Positions 19,949-28,984 of a stretch of DNA of 64,000 nucleotides are shown here, piece after piece. The notes under the pieces are model-generated. The model had not been told where the DNA came from. It ran no database searches and worked only from the letters and a program-made list of their open reading frames with translations. Source of the DNA: Planctomycetota bacterium (GTDB taxonomy: Bacteria; Planctomycetota; UBA1135; UBA2386); assembly GCA_947501605.1 (NCBI GenBank), contig CANMWZ010000005.1:1-64000 (forward strand), in the 5' to 3' direction. Position numbers and translations under genes: made by a program. The first letter of the stretch is position 1, and every line of letters starts with the position of its first letter.

Positions 19949-22117
19949 ATGTCGGACCCCATCCAGAAGGACCTCAACGAACAGCAGGCAGCCGCCGTCA
20001 TGCACGGTCGCGGGCCGCTGATGGTGCTCGCCGGCGCTGGCTCCGGCAAGACCCGCGTCGTCACCCGCCGCATCGCCCGGTTGCTGCGCGAGGGTGTGCG
20101 CGGCAGTGAGATCCTGGCGATGACCTTTACCAACAAGGCCGCCGGCGAGATGGCGCACCGCGTGCAGGACCTCGGTGGTCCGTTCGTGCGCATCGCGACC
20201 TTTCACTCGGCGTGTGCCCGCTTCCTGCGCGCGGACGCGGCCCTGCTCGGCTACCCCGAGCACTTCACGATCTACGACACCTACGACCGCGATTCGGCGA
20301 TCCGATCCCTGCTCGAGGACCTGGGGCTCGACCGACTGAAGGTCAAGCCGAGCGCCGTCGGCTCGACGATCTCGCGGCTCAAGAACACCTGCATGTCGCC
20401 GCAAGACCTCGCGACCGGCAGCAGCGACCTCGCCCGCGTGGTCGAACAGGTGTGGCAGCCGTACCGCGACCGCATGAAGCAGCTCGGAGCGATGGACTTC
20501 GATGACCTGCTGCTCAACTTCTTGAAGCTCCTGCGCGAACACCCCGATACCGCGGAGCAGTATCGAGCGCGCTTCTCGTGGATCCTGGTCGATGAGTTCC
20601 AGGACACCAATCGCGTGCAGTACGACTTGTTGCGCGAGCTGGCGCCGAAGGACGGCAACGTCTGCGTCGTCGGCGATCCAGACCAGTCGATCTATGGCTT
20701 CCGCGGCGCCGAGATTCGCAACATCCTCGACTTCGAGGACGACTACCCCGGCACCACGGTCGTTCGCCTCGAGCAGAACTACCGCAGCACGGCGGTGATC
20801 CTCCGCGCGGCCGAGACGGTCATCGCGAACAACAAACAGCGCAAGCACAAGCGACTGCGTACCGACAACGAGGAAGGGCAGCCGCTCTACCTGTTTCGCG
20901 CCGCCGGGGCAGCCGAAGAGGCGCAGACGATCGCCGACCGCATCCACGGCCTGCTCGGCGAGGACGTCTCCCTCGACGAGATCGCAATCTTCTATCGCAC
21001 GCACTGGTTGTCGCGGTCGATCGAGCAGGCGCTGAAGGACAAGGGCATCCCGTACGAGATCCTCGGTGGCCTGTCGTTCTTCGAGCGCCGCGAGATCAAG
21101 GATCTGCTCGCCTACCTCCGAGTCCTCGTCAACCCGCTCGACGACGTCAGCATGGAGCGCGTGATCAACGTTCCGACCCGCGGCATCGGCAAGTCCTCGG
21201 TGGACAAGCTGAAGCGCGCCGGCCACGAGGCTGGCATGTCGCTGCGCGAAGCGGTGGGCGAGCCTTCGCTGCACGCGATCGTGCCACCGAAAGCTCGAAA
21301 GGCGCTGCAGCAGCTCGCCGCGGTGCTCGACAAGGCGCAAGCAGCGACGGCGTCTCTGGGCGCGCACGGCGCCCTCGCCGCCATTCTCGAAGGCACCGAC
21401 TACCTCAATCACGCGACGAGTCTTGGCGACCCTGAGGACATTGCGCGCGAGGAGAACATCCAAGAACTTGTCAGCGACGTCACCGCCTTCGACGAGAAGA
21501 ACGAGGAAGGGCTCGGCGGTTACCTGCAGCACGTCAGCTTGCTGACGTCGCAGGACCGTGCGCAGGACGACGGCCCGCGTGTGCAGATGATGACCGTGCA
21601 CGCCGCCAAGGGCCTCGAGTTCGATCACGTCTTCCTCGTCGGTCTCGACGAGGGCGTGTTCCCCAGCATGCGCTCGGTGGACACCGAGGACGGCATCGAA
21701 GAAGAGCGGCGGCTCATGTACGTCGCGATCACGCGCGGGCGGCGCACGGTGTTCTGCAGCAGTGCCAAGGAACGAATGATCAATGGGCAGACCGATCGCA
21801 TGCAGCCCTCGCGCTTCTGGAAGGAGCTGCCGAAGGACTGCGTGCAGGCCTACGAGTCCAAGTGGCACTCGTTCGAGCAAGAGCCAGACTCGGGAGAGGC
21901 GTGGAGCGTCGATCCTGATCCGGGCCTCGAGGCCACGGTTGCGATCCAGCGCGGGTTGCGCGTGCGGCACGACCTGTTCGGCAACGGTGTCGTGCGCAGC
22001 GTGTCGGGCCGCGGCGGCAGCATGCGTGCGGTGGTGCGATTTCTCGATGGTGTCGAGCGCGAGTTGATCCTCGAGTACGCCGGTCTCAAGGTCGTCGACC
22101 ACGGAGCGGATTGGTGA
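19949..22117 (+). CDS. pcrA: ATP-dependent DNA helicase, UvrD/PcrA family
   Basis: LNEQQ, AGAGSGKT, TFTNKAA, VDEFQDTN, VGDPDQSIYGFRGA, LEQNYRS, TVHAAKGLEF, EEERRLMYVAITR, C-terminal Tudor-like VRHDLFG.G. Confidence 0.97.
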   Translation: MSDPIQKDLNEQQAAAVMHGRGPLMVLAGAGSGKTRVVTRRIARLLREGVRGSEILAMTFTNKAAGEMAHRVQDLGGPFVRIATFHSACARFLRADAALLGYPEHFTIYDTYDRDSAIRSLLEDLGLDRLKVKPSAVGSTISRLKNTCMSPQDLATGSSDLARVVEQVWQPYRDRMKQLGAMDFDDLLLNFLKLLREHPDTAEQYRARFSWILVDEFQDTNRVQYDLLRELAPKDGNVCVVGDPDQSIYGFRGAEIRNILDFEDDYPGTTVVRLEQNYRSTAVILRAAETVIANNKQRKHKRLRTDNEEGQPLYLFRAAGAAEEAQTIADRIHGLLGEDVSLDEIAIFYRTHWLSRSIEQALKDKGIPYEILGGLSFFERREIKDLLAYLRVLVNPLDDVSMERVINVPTRGIGKSSVDKLKRAGHEAGMSLREAVGEPSLHAIVPPKARKALQQLAAVLDKAQAATASLGAHGALAAILEGTDYLNHATSLGDPEDIAREENIQELVSDVTAFDEKNEEGLGGYLQHVSLLTSQDRAQDDGPRVQMMTVHAAKGLEFDHVFLVGLDEGVFPSMRSVDTEDGIEEERRLMYVAITRGRRTVFCSSAKERMINGQTDRMQPSRFWKELPKDCVQAYESKWHSFEQEPDSGEAWSVDPDPGLEATVAIQRGLRVRHDLFGNGVVRSVSGRGGSMRAVVRFLDGVERELILEYAGLKVVDHGADW

Positions 22118-23022
22118 GTGATTCCAGCGATATCCTCGCGCGCTTCCGCGAACTGCTGCAGCAAGCCGTGACTCTCGGCGACGTGACGCTGCTCGACGCG
22201 ATGCAGGACGCCGTCGCCGCCGCGCGCGCGCCGGTGACAATCTTGGTGCCAGGCGCTGCGGTGGAGGAGTGGCATGGCCTGATCGGCGTATGCCAGCCGA
22301 TGCTCGACCTTCGCCGGCTGATCGCGAAGTTCGCGCCGGCGGACGCACCTGTGCTCATCACCGGCGAGAGTGGTACTGGCAAGGAGCGCGTCGCTACGGC
22401 GCTGCACCAATTGAGCCGCCGCAAGGACAAGCCGATGGTCGCCGAGAACTGCGCGGCGATCCCGGAGTCGCTGCTCGAGTCGGTGTTGTTCGGCCACGTG
22501 AAGGGCGCGTTCACCGGTGCGATCAAGGACCACCCTGGGCACTTCTTGTCGGCCGACGGCGGCACGTTGTTCCTCGACGAGATCGGCGACATGCGCGCGG
22601 GCATGCAGGTGAAACTGCTGCGGGCGCTGCAAGAGGGCGAGGTGCGCCCCGTCGGCGGCAGCAAGGTCAGAAAGGTCAACGTGCGCGTGATTGCCGCGAC
22701 CAACGCCGACCTCGAAGGCGCCGTGAAATCGGGGCGCTTCCGCGAAGACCTCTACTTCCGACTCAACGTGCTGCGCCTCGCCTTGCCACCGTTGCGCGAT
22801 CGGGGCCAGGACACCGTCGTGCTGGCTCGTCGGTTTCTCGAATCGGCGCTGAAGCAGTCCGGTCGCCGCCTCGTGCTGGGGCCCGCGGTGGAGGAGGCGA
22901 TCCGCACCTGCAAGTGGCCCGGCAACGTCCGCCAGCTACAGAACGAGATGCAGCGCATTGCGGCTTTGTGCGAAGGTCCTGAGGTCAAGCCGAAGGACCT
23001 GTCCGACGAAGCGCGCGGCTGA
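22114..23022 (+). CDS. sigma54-dependent activator AAA+ domain protein (no receiver domain, no C-terminal HTH)
   Basis: ITGESGTGKE, ESVLFGHVKGAFTGA, LFLDEIG, FREDLYFRLNV, WPGNVRQL; stops shortly after the AAA+ lid. Confidence 0.9.
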   Translation: MSDSSDILARFRELLQQAVTLGDVTLLDAMQDAVAAARAPVTILVPGAAVEEWHGLIGVCQPMLDLRRLIAKFAPADAPVLITGESGTGKERVATALHQLSRRKDKPMVAENCAAIPESLLESVLFGHVKGAFTGAIKDHPGHFLSADGGTLFLDEIGDMRAGMQVKLLRALQEGEVRPVGGSKVRKVNVRVIAATNADLEGAVKSGRFREDLYFRLNVLRLALPPLRDRGQDTVVLARRFLESALKQSGRRLVLGPAVEEAIRTCKWPGNVRQLQNEMQRIAALCEGPEVKPKDLSDEARG

Positions 23023-23284
23023 GATCCAGATCAAGGCACGGTTCGCAGGTGCCTTGCGGCCTCCGGCCGACCGCGTCCTGCGGGCGCGGCTGGCCTTCGT
23101 CCCTTGGCGCCTCTGGCGTCGAACCGAGGCGTGGCCGCGCGCGGCAACGCAGTTCGCCGCTGCGGAACCAGCGACCACAACGAGAGGCTCTGGTTGCACC
23201 GCGGTCCGGCGCTAGGATTGCCCGGCCTCGCCTCCCCGGGAAGACCGGGTATTGGACCGATTCGTCCTCGGTCGCTCACACCGC

Positions 23285-26200
23285 ATGCAGATCCTCCAAG
23301 TCCTCGACGGCGCCGACCCGTTCGTGCGCCCGCTCGATGGTGGCCCGCTCGTGCTCGGTAGCGCTGCCGACAACGGGTTGGCACTTGCCTCCCCGGGCGT
23401 GAAACCGCGGCACTTGCGCATCGAGTTCGTCGATGGCGAGCCATGGGTGGAAGCGCTCGAAGGCAAAGTGCTCGTCAACGGTCGCGCCGTGCATCGGGCG
23501 GCGTTGGCGTTGGGCGATCGCATCGAAATCGGCAGCGCGGTGATCGTGCTGGCGGCTTCGGTCGCACGGCGAGCCGAACCCGACGACGTGCTCGAAGCGC
23601 CGCGACCGCAAACGCGCCGCGCTGCGGCCGGTGCGAAGTCGTCGCGCGCGGAGCGCGCTGGGCGTAGCGATGGCAGCAAGAAGCGGCCCTTCGTGCTCGG
23701 TGGGGTAGGTGCCCTTGCGCTCGTGACCGTGCTGTTGCTGCAGGCCAAGTCTTCGACGTTGCCGCCGGTGTTCGCCGAGTTCGATCGCTTGCGCCGCGCC
23801 GGGAGCTTTGAGGTCGCGCAGGGCAAACTCGCCGAGATGGAGCGCTGGGCGAAGGACGCCGACAGCCGCACGCGCGTCGCCAAGGAGTCCGACAAACTCG
23901 CGGCGATGATCGCCCGCGTGCGCGAGCGCCAAGCGCGGATCCTGCAGCAGTCGAGCGAGCGCACCGAGGCCGAGTTCAGCAACGAGTTGCAGCGCGAAGA
24001 GCGCAGCGCCAAGGACGAGGACGATCGGATCGCGGCCCGCATCGTGCGCGCGACGCTCTACGAGTTGCTGCGCGAAGCCGTTGCCAAGACGCCACCGCCA
24101 GAGCGTCAGCCAGAACACCGGAAGCCCGAGCAAGCGTCATCCGGCCAACCGACAGCGGCGCAACCAAAGCCGCAGCCAGTCTCGCCATCCGCAGTCCCGC
24201 AGCCACCAGTCGCCGTGCAGACGCCGGGGCCACAGGTTTCGCCGCCGCTGCCGCATTCCGACGCGGATGCGCTCCCCGCGGCGCTGGTCAACAGCGATGA
24301 CGTCAAGGCCGCCATCGACGGTGCCGTGCTGCAGGCCAGCAAGGGCGAGTTTGCGCAGGCGCAAGGCACGCTGCAGATGGCCATTGCCGGAGCCGATCCC
24401 AGCGAACGGGCGCGGCTCGAATCGCAGTTGACCGAGTTGCGGGCCGCGGCGAAGGCGCAGATGGAGGTGCTGTTGGAGACGGCTCGAAGTGACGCCAAAG
24501 ACGGGCGCTTCGAGAGCAGTATCGCGGCCCTGACCGCTGCCGGTCGGCGGCTCCCGACTGGTGGCGAGTTCGCCGCCGTCCCGACGATGCTCGACGAACT
24601 GCAGCGCCAGCAAGCGACGCGTGGCGGTGGCAACGATGCGGCGGTCCGCGCCGGCGTGGCCGGCATTGACGAAGCGCAGCGCCGTCGCACGCTGGCGACG
24701 CTGGCGCCGGCTCTGATCCGTATTCGCGCAGCCGAAGACGCCGGCGACTTTGCCACCGCGGCAACGGAACTCCAAAGCGCGGTCGCGTCGGTCCGGGCCT
24801 CGGATGCCGACTACGCCGAGCGGCTCGAACTGCGCCTCGGCGATCTGCGCCGCGTGCTGGCGTTGCACGACGAAGTAGCGGCGCTGGTCAAGGGCGGGGC
24901 CGAGGTCGCATTCGACTCGGTCGGCAACGGCGCCGTGCGCGTCGTCGGCGTCGACGGCAGCAAGTTGCGGGCAACTGCGGCTACCGGCGAGCTGAAGCTC
25001 GACTACCGCGATCTCGCGGCCGAGTCGCTCGTGCTGTTTGCCGGCAAGCAGAAGTTGTCCTCTACCTCGATGCTCGGCATCGCCTCGTTGCTCTACCGCC
25101 AAGACGCCCGCCGCCTCGCCGAGAAGGTGCTCGCCCGCGCGCTCGAACTCGACGCCGCCATCAAGCCCGAAGTCGATCGCACTGTTGCCCACGGCCGCGG
25201 CGAACCGATCGACCCGCGCGGCTACGAACTGCGCGCCGATGGCTTCGTTTCCGCAGCCAATGCCGAGGCCGAGAAGCAGGCGCAGAAGGTGCTCGCGCGC
25301 GTCGAGACGGCGCTGCGCAGCAAGGACAGAAAGGCGCGTGCGGCCATCGTGCAGGATGCACTCGCGCTCGGCCCGGGTGCGGTTGGCGCCGTCGCCGGTC
25401 GTTTCCAGCGGCTGCTCGACAAGGAGATCGAAGCGCTCGACGCCTCGCCGCTGCGCAAGCAGATCGACAAACTACAGGCCCAGCGTCAACAGCTCGACGT
25501 CGCACGGCAAGCGGCCAAAGACCTGATCTTCGACGAGGTCCGCTACTTCTATCCGTACAAGCCGCCGCAGGTGGAGCCGCAGCGCTACGCCGAGTACGTC
25601 AGGGTGCAGGCCGAAGTGAATCGCCTCGTCGACGCGGTTCGCAGCGTCTGGAACGACGATCGCCTGCGCATCAAGGTGCCGGCTTCGATGAGCGACAGCA
25701 TCGAACGGCTCGATTGGCTCGCGACCGTGTTGTCGGAACTCGGTGAGCTCGATGCGTTGGCAACGGTCGGGGTCGAGTGGGCCAGGGCGCTGCCGCCCGG
25801 CGCGTCGATCGACATCCACACCTACTGCCAGACCCAGGAAGAGCGCGAGCGATTGGCGCATTGGCAGCAGATCGATGCCTACAACGAGGTGTTGTGCGCG
25901 CAGCTCGACAAGGGCGACGCCGTCCAGTTGCGCATCACCAACGCCTACCGCGCGATGTTCGGTCACCGACCGCTGGCGCTCGACCTGCGCATCCGTTCGG
26001 CCGCGCGCGCGCATGCCGAAGAGATGACCAAGCTGGGCTACTTCTCGCACTTCTCACCGACTCCCGGTCGCAAGACTCCAGGCGACCGCATGCTGATTGC
26101 GGGCTACACCCAGGGCACCGGCGAGAACATCGCGCTGGTCGACGGTCCCGAAGGCGCTCACAACGCGTGGTGCCAATCGTCCGGGCATCATCGCAACCTG

Positions 26201-26326
26201 CTGAGCCCGAGCCACACCGAGGCCGGCATTGCTGGCAGCGACCGCAACTGGGTGCAGAACTTCGGCCACGGTGTCGAGTACCTGCAGAAGCTCGCGGACG
26301 TGCCAAAGCCGTCGAAGCCACGGTGA
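23285..26326 (+). CDS. FHA-like + single TM + helical region + C-terminal CAP (SCP) domain protein
   Basis: N-terminal LVLGS..DN.L.L..PGV...HLRI..VNG; TM FVLGGVGALALVTVLLL; CAP NAYRAMFG..PL..D..IRSAARAHAEEM...GYFSH...GENIA...W.QSSGHHRNLL. Confidence 0.88.
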   Translation: MQILQVLDGADPFVRPLDGGPLVLGSAADNGLALASPGVKPRHLRIEFVDGEPWVEALEGKVLVNGRAVHRAALALGDRIEIGSAVIVLAASVARRAEPDDVLEAPRPQTRRAAAGAKSSRAERAGRSDGSKKRPFVLGGVGALALVTVLLLQAKSSTLPPVFAEFDRLRRAGSFEVAQGKLAEMERWAKDADSRTRVAKESDKLAAMIARVRERQARILQQSSERTEAEFSNELQREERSAKDEDDRIAARIVRATLYELLREAVAKTPPPERQPEHRKPEQASSGQPTAAQPKPQPVSPSAVPQPPVAVQTPGPQVSPPLPHSDADALPAALVNSDDVKAAIDGAVLQASKGEFAQAQGTLQMAIAGADPSERARLESQLTELRAAAKAQMEVLLETARSDAKDGRFESSIAALTAAGRRLPTGGEFAAVPTMLDELQRQQATRGGGNDAAVRAGVAGIDEAQRRRTLATLAPALIRIRAAEDAGDFATAATELQSAVASVRASDADYAERLELRLGDLRRVLALHDEVAALVKGGAEVAFDSVGNGAVRVVGVDGSKLRATAATGELKLDYRDLAAESLVLFAGKQKLSSTSMLGIASLLYRQDARRLAEKVLARALELDAAIKPEVDRTVAHGRGEPIDPRGYELRADGFVSAANAEAEKQAQKVLARVETALRSKDRKARAAIVQDALALGPGAVGAVAGRFQRLLDKEIEALDASPLRKQIDKLQAQRQQLDVARQAAKDLIFDEVRYFYPYKPPQVEPQRYAEYVRVQAEVNRLVDAVRSVWNDDRLRIKVPASMSDSIERLDWLATVLSELGELDALATVGVEWARALPPGASIDIHTYCQTQEERERLAHWQQIDAYNEVLCAQLDKGDAVQLRITNAYRAMFGHRPLALDLRIRSAARAHAEEMTKLGYFSHFSPTPGRKTPGDRMLIAGYTQGTGENIALVDGPEGAHNAWCQSSGHHRNLLSPSHTEAGIAGSDRNWVQNFGHGVEYLQKLADVPKPSKPR

Positions 26327-26339
26327 AGTGCTGGCGGCG

Positions 26340-27623
26340 ATGACCGACCAGTTGGAGATCACCGACCCGCGCGATGGGTCGCAGCAGAGCGTCGCAGTGC
26401 CTTCGGGCCTCGTGCACTTGCGCGCGGATGGCGGCACGATCGTGCTGTCGCCGGATGCCAGCGGCGCGAGTCTCCGCATCGTGCCGACGCAGCGCGGCCG
26501 GCGGCTCGAACCGTTGCTGCCTGGTTCGATGATCGAGGTCTCGGGCCAGCAGTTGTTCTGCAAGGATCTCGCCCCGGGCGATCGGTTCGAGTTCGCCGGT
26601 CGGCGGATCGTGTGGCGCAGCGACGTCGAGTTGCCGCTCGCCGGCGCCGCCTCGAGGTCGACGCAGCGACCGCGGCGGCACGACGGCGCCGCTGCAGCCA
26701 AGCAGACGGTGGTCGAGGACGCGTCCGCCAGTTCGCGGCGACGGCCCCAACCGCGGTCGTCGCGCGCCCTCGTCCTTGTGCTCATGAGCTTGTCGATCGG
26801 CGTTGGCTGGGTGGTGCTGCGCTTCTTCGACATGCGCAAGAGCGTGCCCGACCCGAGCGATCGCGTGGACCTGGCGCGCACGCAGTTCGAGAGTGGGCAA
26901 TACGACCGCGCCCTCTCGACGATTCGGCAAGCAATGGAGCACGAAGTGCCACAGGACGTGCGCCGCGCCGCCGAGGAGCTCACGGCCCAGATCGCCACGA
27001 CGCAGAAGGCCGTCGTCGACTCGGTCGCGGTGCAGCAGGGGCGCGAGGCTGCGGACCTGCTGCAGACGTTCGTCGAGCGCTACGCGCAGGGCCGGTTGCA
27101 GCGACCGGCAGCTCGCGAACTGCTGCGACTTTGTGATGCTTGGCAGAACACGCACGGGGCGGTGGCGTCACTCAGCACCGATGGCGCGCGCACCGCGGCT
27201 GCAGTCGTGGCGCTGCGCGATCGGGCGGCGGCCGTCGCTGAGGCCTCCACACCGGATACCGCCGCCGACGCGATGTTTGCCGCGCGCACGCACCTGCGTT
27301 TCGTCATTCGCGAGTACAGGGCCGCGGTGGTGCGCCTCGACGCCTTTCTCGCCGCGCATCCAGGTGACCAAAGCGTGGTCGGCGAGCGCACAGCTCTCGT
27401 GGCCGAAGCCCGCGCCTGGCTCGCGTCGCAGTTGCCGAAGATCGAGCAGAAGCTCACTCGCGGCGACGTCGATGCCGCCCGCGCCGAGTTCGCGCAGTTC
27501 GAAAAGTACGCGCTGTTGCCGGAGAACGAAGCCGTGGTGGCGGAGTTGCGGCAGCGCCTACGGGCCGCAACTGCTCAGAGCGGCGATTCGCCGATGGTCG
27601 ACGCGCCCGCGGCCGGGCGGTAG
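26340..27623 (+). CDS. degenerate FHA-like + TM + TPR-like membrane protein
   Basis: N-terminal beta domain ending LAPGDRFEFAG; TM ALVLVLMSLSIGVGWVVL; helical repeats. Confidence 0.7.
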   Translation: MTDQLEITDPRDGSQQSVAVPSGLVHLRADGGTIVLSPDASGASLRIVPTQRGRRLEPLLPGSMIEVSGQQLFCKDLAPGDRFEFAGRRIVWRSDVELPLAGAASRSTQRPRRHDGAAAAKQTVVEDASASSRRRPQPRSSRALVLVLMSLSIGVGWVVLRFFDMRKSVPDPSDRVDLARTQFESGQYDRALSTIRQAMEHEVPQDVRRAAEELTAQIATTQKAVVDSVAVQQGREAADLLQTFVERYAQGRLQRPAARELLRLCDAWQNTHGAVASLSTDGARTAAAVVALRDRAAAVAEASTPDTAADAMFAARTHLRFVIREYRAAVVRLDAFLAAHPGDQSVVGERTALVAEARAWLASQLPKIEQKLTRGDVDAARAEFAQFEKYALLPENEAVVAELRQRLRAATAQSGDSPMVDAPAAGR

Positions 27624-28582
27624 AGCGCTAGCAAGCGTCGCGCTGCCGCACCCGGCAGCAGGTTGCCGGCGGCGACCTCCGCGCGCACGTGCGGCAGCGC
27701 GCGCTGCACGCCAGCGTCGTGCAAGAACGCCGCGAGCAGCGACTGCTGCACCGTGCGGTCGAGCCACTCGGTGGCCTGTTGGGCGCGCTTGTGCAGCAGC
27801 GAGCCGTCGCGCCGCATCGTCGCCGCGAGCGCTTCGATGGCCTGCCAGAGTTCGACGAGACCGCGCCCGGTGATCGACGATCCCACCAACACCGGCGCCG
27901 GGTCGCCGTCGCCCGAATGCAACACCCGGAGCGCTTGCATGCACTGCTGCGCCGCCCGATCGGCGGCCGCCGCGAGGTCGGCGTCGGCCTTGTGCACCAG
28001 GATCACCGAGGCGAGTTCCATCACGCCGCGCTTGATGCCCTGCAGTTCGTCGCCTGCCGCCGGCGACAGCAGCAGCAAGAACACGTCGACCATGAAGGCG
28101 ACCGCAGTTTCGGATTGGCCGGTGCCGATCGTCTCGACCAGCACCACGTCGAACCCAGCGGCCTCGCAGCACAGCATCGCTTCGCGCGTCTTGGCGGCCA
28201 CGCCGCCAAGCGTGTCGCCGCCGGGCGAAGGTCGAATGAACGCGTTCGCGTGCCGGCTCAACTGCGCCATGCGCGTCTTGTCGCCGAGGATGCTGCCGCC
28301 GGTCACTCGGCTGCTCGGATCGACCGCGAGCACCGCCACCTTGTGGCCACGTTCGCAGAGCGTGTGGCCCAGCGTCTCGATCAACGTGCTCTTGCCGACC
28401 CCCGGCGCGCCGGTGATGCCAACTCGCAAGGCGTTGCCGGTGTGGGGGAGCAGCGCGTGCAGCAGCGCTTCGGCCGCGGCTTGATCCTGGTCGCGAACGC
28501 TCTCGATCAGCGTGATGGCCTGGGCGAGGGCACTGCGGTCGCCTGATAGCACGGCGGTGGCGAGCGGGGGCTTGGTGGTCAC
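27575..28582 (-). CDS. meaB: methylmalonyl-CoA mutase-associated GTPase MeaB/ArgK
   Basis: GITGAPGVGKST, AVDPSS..TGGSILGDKTRM, ETIGTGQSE, GDELQGIKRG, HKAD. Confidence 0.96.
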   Translation of the reverse strand: MTTKPPLATAVLSGDRSALAQAITLIESVRDQDQAAAEALLHALLPHTGNALRVGITGAPGVGKSTLIETLGHTLCERGHKVAVLAVDPSSRVTGGSILGDKTRMAQLSRHANAFIRPSPGGDTLGGVAAKTREAMLCCEAAGFDVVLVETIGTGQSETAVAFMVDVFLLLLSPAAGDELQGIKRGVMELASVILVHKADADLAAAADRAAQQCMQALRVLHSGDGDPAPVLVGSSITGRGLVELWQAIEALAATMRRDGSLLHKRAQQATEWLDRTVQQSLLAAFLHDAGVQRALPHVRAEVAAGNLLPGAAARRLLALYRPAAGASTIGESPL

Positions 28583-28729
28583 GCGGCGGCGAGGGTAGCG
28601 GGGTCGGACGGGTCGCGCGAGGGTCGGGGATGCAGGGGAGGAGTGAGCGGCGGTTGCGGTGGCTCTTGGCTTGCAGTCGAGGTCGGTAGGTTGACTTGCG
28701 GCGAAGGTGGCGCGGAAGTGGCAGATTCG

Positions 28730-28921
28730 GAGAAAGGACTGCAGGCGTAGGGCCAGGACGTCGTGGACGAGCGGGCGGTAGAGTTCGACAAACCAGCGTC
28801 ACGAGTCCTTGGCCCCGACGCCGGCGCGGTGGTGTTCGCAGAGGCGCACCCAGCGCGTGGTCAGCGGGTCTTGCGACTGGTGCGAGCTGTCGTCGGTCGG
28901 TGAGCGGGACGCGGAGTGCAT
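28730..28921 (-). pseudogene. probable ECF sigma factor N-terminal remnant with internal stop
   Basis: Hand translation from ATG 28921: ...LTTRWVRLCEHHRAGVGAKDS*RWFVELYRPLVHDVLALRL; resembles the TRW...AW.WFVE.Y.P.V start of planctomycete ECF sigma factors; TGA at 28799-28801; similarity then fades. Confidence 0.45.
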
Positions 28922-28984
28922 GGGGGCGGGGCGGAGTACGCGAGGGGGTGCGTCCGCTGCTTGCGGCCTCCCGCGAACCTCCCC

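Noticed and set aside
28799..28801. Second in-frame TGA as selenocysteine, or UGA=Trp recoding
   Set aside because: The position corresponds to Trp, there is no convincing hairpin and the frame decays afterwards. Many genes here end in TGA with tight overlaps, so the standard code applies.
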